A stretch of 64,000 nucleotides of DNA from Octopus vulgaris (lineage: Eukaryota), in contig OX597838.1 in the NCBI GenBank assembly GCA_951406725.2, forward strand, positions 43,276,001 to 43,340,000, in the 5' to 3' direction. The position numbers and the translations under genes were made by a program. Of this stretch, positions 53,949-64,000 are shown in pieces. The notes beneath the pieces are model-generated. The model ran no database searches and was not told the origin of the DNA. It saw only the letters and a list, made by a program, of their open reading frames with translations. Numbering within the stretch: the stretch's first letter is position 1; each line of letters begins with the position of its first letter.

Positions 53949-54295
53949 CAAACATGAATATATGCATGTACATTCATATATATATATGTATATACATACA
54001 AATATAGACATATATGTATGTGTGTATGTGGAAGCGTGTGGCTTAGTGGTTGGGGTGTTGTGAGCATAAGATTGTGGTTTTGATTCCTGAACTGGATGAT
54101 GGATTGTGTTCATGAACAAAACCCGTCCATAGCACTCCAGTCCATGCAATGGACAAAAAAAAAATGTGATTCAGTGGCAGACCAGCATCCCATCCGAGGG
54201 GGAATACATCCGAGGGGAAACCGGCCATATGAACCCCATGAATCAGGAAAGACCTTTCTATCCTTATATATATATATACACACACATACACATGC

Positions 54296-54350
<55 letters not shown>

Positions 54351-54552
54351 AATATACTTCTAATATAAGGATAAAATTTTTCAAAGAAGTCTATCAGTGG
54401 CCAACATATTAAATTACCTTTTTTTTAAGGTGAAAATTATAAACAATTATAAATAAGGGCAAAAGAAAAAAATTTCTGTGCCAATATGCTGAAAAATAGA
54501 CTTTAGATCATCTAACTACATACAATATTTTCCACTAAATATATATATATAT

Positions 54553-58916
<4,364 letters not shown>

Positions 58917-60543
58917 ATCCTCCTAAAAGTATGTAAGAGAGTCTTAGCAAGACCACTGCAGTCCCTCTTTCAGAGCTTCCTTGCAGCTGGCAAACTTCCA
59001 AGGGACTGAAGGAAGGTAAAATATGCCCTATTCATAAAGGAGGTAGCAGAGCGGAGGCAAAGAACTACAGACCTATCTCTCTGACCTCACACATCAGCAA
59101 GGTCATGGAACGAATAGTCAGAAGGAAACTAATCACCTTCCTTGAAGAAAATGACTTGCTGCCTGACACCCAACATGGTTTCCGACCAGGAAGAAGCTGC
59201 TTAACTCAGCTCCTGCAGCACTATGACTGGGTGCTGAAACAACTGCTCAACCACTCAAATGTGGAAGTCATATATCTCGACTTCGCAAAGGCCTTCGATA
59301 AAGTCGATCACGGAATGATATGTCACAGGTTGCGTGATCTTGGCATAGTTGGAAAACTAGGAGAATGGCTTCACGACTTTCTGAAGAATAGAAGTCAGGT
59401 GGTAGTAGCCAATGGGGCCACTTCCATTAACACGCAAATAATGAGTGGTGTTCCACAGGGCACTGTTTTGGGACCACTACTGTTCATAATGGCCCTCTCA
59501 GACATGCCCTCAGCCACGCAGAGATCCACGATCACAAGTTATGCAGATGATACAAAAGTTTCACAGGCAATACAGAACCCTGAGGACACTAAAAACCTGC
59601 AATGTGAGCTGGACGAAATATACAAGTGGGCTGAAAAGAATAGCATGCAGTTCAATGCTGGAAAGTTTCAAGCTTTATACTATCAGCATGCAAAACTGAA
59701 TGCAATACCCAATGAATACACTGGACCCGGAGGGATTGCAATCCCAGAGGCACAATCAGTGCGTGACCTGGGTATTCACATGAGTGATGACGCGACCTTT
59801 CATGTACATGTTGCTAAACTGACAGTGAAATGTAGACGGCTGGCTGGCTGGATTCTTAGAACCTTTAGAACAAGAGAACAAGAAACCATGATGGTCCTCT
59901 GGAAGACACTTGTCCTAAGCCACTTTGACTATTGCTCTCAGCTATGGTCACCATCCAGTGTCAAGTTGATCACAGAACTTGAGGCGATCCAACGAAGCTA
60001 CACAAAGAAGATAGCCTCTATGCAGAATGTAAGCTACTGGGAAAGACTCAAGAGATTAAAATTATACTCCCTGGAGCGTAGGCGGGAAAGATATGCCATA
60101 ATATACATCTGGAAGATCCTGGAGGGAAGTGTCCTGAACTTTGGCATCGAGAGTTACACAAATGCCAGAACTGGGCGCCACTGCGTGGTGCCTAGGACTC
60201 CAAACCTGCCATCAAGATGTAGGACAAGATTCTGTGATAGCCTGGGCTTCCGAGGCCCACAGCTCTTCAATATCCTCCCGAAGAACCTGAGAGACCTGCA
60301 TGGGGTGGATACAGATGTCTTTAAAATGAAGCTGGATCTCTTCCTGTCTGGTGTCCCAGATGAACCAACTTCACGGCAGGAGGGGCAGATGAGGGCAGCT
60401 GCATCGAACTCTCTCATGCACCAAATAGCAGTTGCTAGAAAGCCCCCATGAAGTAAAACCAAGTAGCAACACCAAATGGCGGTGCCCCAGCATGGCCACA
60501 GCTCATAGGCTGGAACTGGAATCAATCAATCAATCAATCAATC
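58917..60543 (+). mobile_element. 5'-truncated CR1-clade LINE, reverse transcriptase through 3' UTR and (AATC)n tail
   Basis: ORF 59105-60451 has RT motifs QHGFRPGRSC, YLDFAKAFDKV, GVPQGTVLGPLLF, YADD and CR1-type LYSLERRRERY. The frame extends upstream (NYRPISLTS), with one frameshift near 59000 to ILLKVCKRVLARPL. Short 3' UTR followed by AATC repeats. Confidence 0.9.
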
Positions 60544-60591
60544 ATATATCTTTATATATATATATCTTTATATTCATATATATATATATAT

Positions 60592-60633
<42 letters not shown>

Positions 60634-60694
60634 TTATATTCATATATATATATATCTTTATATATATATATATCTTTATATATATATTTATATG

Positions 60695-60767
<73 letters not shown>

Positions 60768-60980
60768 ATATACGTGTATGTGTATATATATTCATATATA
60801 TATATTTATATATATTTATATACGTGTATGTGTATATATATTCATATATATATACTTATATATATGTATATGCATTTGTGTATATATATATATATTATTA
60901 TTTGAGGGAATAAAATCCAAACTTGCAAGGAAAAAAATTCAATTTAGAAAAACTAAATCAAATTTCACACAAGATATTAA

Positions 60981-61320
60981 ATATATAAAAAATTAGAAAA
61001 AAACCCACCTTTTATCAATTCAAAATGAACAATTAAATTACACCATCCATAAAATTACATATAATAGAAAAATTAAAATTAAAATAACAATAAAATGTCA
61101 AAGATTAAGTAAATTGCAAAAAATAATAAAAACGTTTATAATAGGTTTTTCTACCTATTATATACGTTATTATTATTATTTTTTGCAATTTACTTAATCT
61201 TTGACAATTTATGGTTATTTTAATTTTAATTTTTCTATTATATGTAATTTTATAGATGGTGTAATTTAATTGTTCATTTTGAATTGATAAAAGGTGGGTT
61301 TTTTTCTAATTTTTATATAT
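60981..61320. repeat. AT-rich foldback, ~165-bp arms, 6-nt loop (61147-61152)
   Basis: Arms are reverse-complementary. The left flank 60903-60980 resembles 15468-15560, so this is a dispersed family. Confidence 0.85.
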
Positions 61321-61341
61321 ATATATTATATTTATATATAT

Positions 61342-61384
<43 letters not shown>

Positions 61385-61766
61385 ACATATATGTATGTGT
61401 ATGTGTGTGTGTATATATATATATAGTTCACAGATGAGATCCAGAGATTCTCTGTATAGAAGACACTGAAAAGATTCAAACTTAGACTCCGGTGTCTTTG
61501 CAGGGGACCGATTCCACATGGTAAAGAATGGCTATACGAGGAACCAAGTGGAGTGGGTATAGAAGAAACTAAGAGGATAAACAAGTTAGATGCATCATTA
61601 TATATGTATTTAATATATTTGGTGTGTCTATATAATTGCTTCTATATAAACTGGTAAATTTTCAGATGTTCTGTTGGAATTCCACTAATTTTGGATTGTC
61701 TTGATAATGTTGTATTAACATATATTTTCGAGAATTTCAATATTAATTTTAATGATATTTCATATG

Positions 61767-62009
61767 CAGGGTTGGCCAAAAGTCACCTGACAGTAAATCG
61801 AAACCAATTCCAAGATTAAAACAAAAAGATTATTTTATATGAGACTTTACTAAAAGACAGACAGATGTTGGAAAAAATAAAGAAAAACAATGATTTTATC
61901 TCACAACATTCAATTATTAAACATTCATAACTGGAACGAATAAATAAAATTGAATATTAAGTATTTATGGAATATTGATGTACTGTCGGGTGACTTTTGG
62001 CCAACCCTG
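61767..62009. mobile_element. Tc1/mariner-type MITE with 29-bp TIRs
   Basis: CAGGGTTGGCCAAAAGTCACCTGACAGTA ... TACTGTCGGGTGACTTTTGGCCAACCCTG (1 mismatch), flanked by TG on both sides. Confidence 0.85.
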
Positions 62010-62052
62010 TGTGTGTGTGTGTGTGTGTGTGTATATACATATATATATACAT

Positions 62053-62200
<148 letters not shown>

Positions 62201-62712
62201 GCACAAATGGTTATTTAAGTTAGAAATATTTCTTTGGTACCACATTTAAAGACGATGTTAATTTGAATAAAGATTCCTCATTTGATTGTAAGGCAATAAA
62301 TTTCTAGCAAAATATAATTCTTGTGTAAACTGACCCCAGTCTGTTACTGGTATTTTATTTACTGACCCTGAAGCAATTAAAAGCAGAATCAACTCTGGCA
62401 GGTTCCAGATTTGAATCACAGAGACAAAGAATTCAATTCTGCAATGTACTGAATCTGTCATTTCTACCATTCCACTGTCCCAGATCATCATCATAATGAT
62501 TCTCTTTGCTACAGTCACAAGGGCTGAAATTTTGGGGGTGTTGTGTTACTAGATTATATTGTCCCTTGCATTTACTGGTATTTATTCTATTGACCCCAGA
62601 AGGATGAAAGGCATAGTCAACCCCTGCGGAATTTGAACTCAGAATGTGAAAACAGACGAAATGCTGTTAATCATTTTGCTGGGGGTGCTAATGATTCTGT
62701 CAGCTTTCTGCT

Positions 62713-64000
62713 TTAATAATAATAATAATGATAATAATAATCATGATGATGATAATAATAATCATGATGATGATGATGATAATAATGATGATAATAATAA
62801 TAATCATGATGATAATAATAATAATAATGATGATAATAATAATAATCATGATGATAATAATAATAATCATGATGATAATAATAATAATAATGATGATAAT
62901 AATAATAATAATGATGATAATAATAATAATCATGATGATGATAATAATAATCATGATGATGATAATAATAATCATGATGATGATGATGATAATCATGATG
63001 ATAATAATAATAATAATGATGATAATAATAATAATAATGATGATAATAATAATAATCATGATGATAATAATAATAATCATGATGATAATAATAATAATAA
63101 TCATGATGATGATAATAATAATCATGATGATGATAATAATAATCATGATGATGATGATAATAATAATAATCATGATGATGATAATAATAATAATCATGAT
63201 GATGATAATAATAATCATGATGATGATAATAATAATCATGATGATGATAATAATAATCATGATGATGATAATAATAATAATCATGATGATGATAATAATA
63301 ATAATCATGATGATAATAATAATAATAATCATGATGATGATAATAATAATCATGATGATGATAATAATAATCATGATGATGATAATAATAATAATCATGA
63401 TGATGATAATAATAATAATCATGATGATGATAATAATAATCATGATGATGATAATAATAATCATGATGATGATAATAATAATAATCATGATGATGATAAT
63501 AATAATAATCATGATGATGATAATAATAATCATGATGATGATAATAATAATCATGATGATGATAATAATAATCATGATGATGATAATAATAATCATGATG
63601 ATGATAATAATAATAATCATGATGATGATAATAATAATAATCATGATGATGATAATAATAATCATGATGATGATAATAATAATCATGATGATGATAATAA
63701 TAATAATCATGATGATGATAATAATAATAATCATGATGATGATAATAATAATCATGATGATGATAATAATAATCATGATGATGATAATAATAATCATGAT
63801 GATGATAATAATAATAATCATGATGATGATAATAATAATAATCATGATGATGATAATAATAATCATGATGATGATAATAATAATCATGATGATGATAATA
63901 ATAATCATGATGATGATAATAATAATAATCATGATGATGATAATAATAATAATCATGATGATGATAATAATAATCATGATGATGATAATAATAATCATGA
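62713..64000. repeat. Trinucleotide-derived satellite with 21/24-bp higher-order unit AATC(ATG)2-3(ATA)3-5, runs off the window end
   Basis: Direct reading. Begins directly at the head end of a minus-strand SINE-like copy. Confidence 0.95.

Noticed and set aside
60154-60525. 123-aa antisense ORF over the CR1 3' end
   Set aside because: Shadow frame of the LINE ORF; no independent evidence.
62700-63998. 432-aa MIIIIII ORF
   Set aside because: Translation of an ATT/ATC/ATG satellite; no coding complexity or splice context.

Overview
AT-rich, repeat-saturated animal genomic DNA, most likely an octopus (inferred from the SINE/LINE content and the gene motifs). Only two host coding exons are supported, both on the + strand: 3386-3806 and 41049-41271. 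They splice in frame across a ~37.2 kb intron. They encode a PMDLS (CtBP-type) motif and a GSLTPPDK (Groucho-type) motif, the co-repressor signature of the N-terminus of non-pancrustacean protostome Suppressor of Hairless, Su(H)/RBPJ/CSL. The CSL DNA-binding exons are not visible in the window. The remainder is intron filled with tRNA-derived SINEs, CR1, RTE and R4/Dong LINE pieces, mariner remnants, MITEs, a Helitron, foldback elements (some carrying minimal hammerhead ribozyme motifs), and micro/minisatellites. Best leads: (i) candidate internal promoters/first exons between the two co-repressor exons, which would allow CtBP-less Su(H) isoforms; (ii) a cluster of intronic hammerhead motifs; (iii) a covarying 3' stem-loop shared by a CR1 LINE and the main SINE; (iv) a twin-priming-type inversion in an R4/Dong copy within a (TAA)n-targeted insertion cluster; (v) a CpG-rich 13-bp minisatellite in which every unit carries the MRE core. 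Nearly all ORFs in the supplied track are microsatellite or repeat artefacts.
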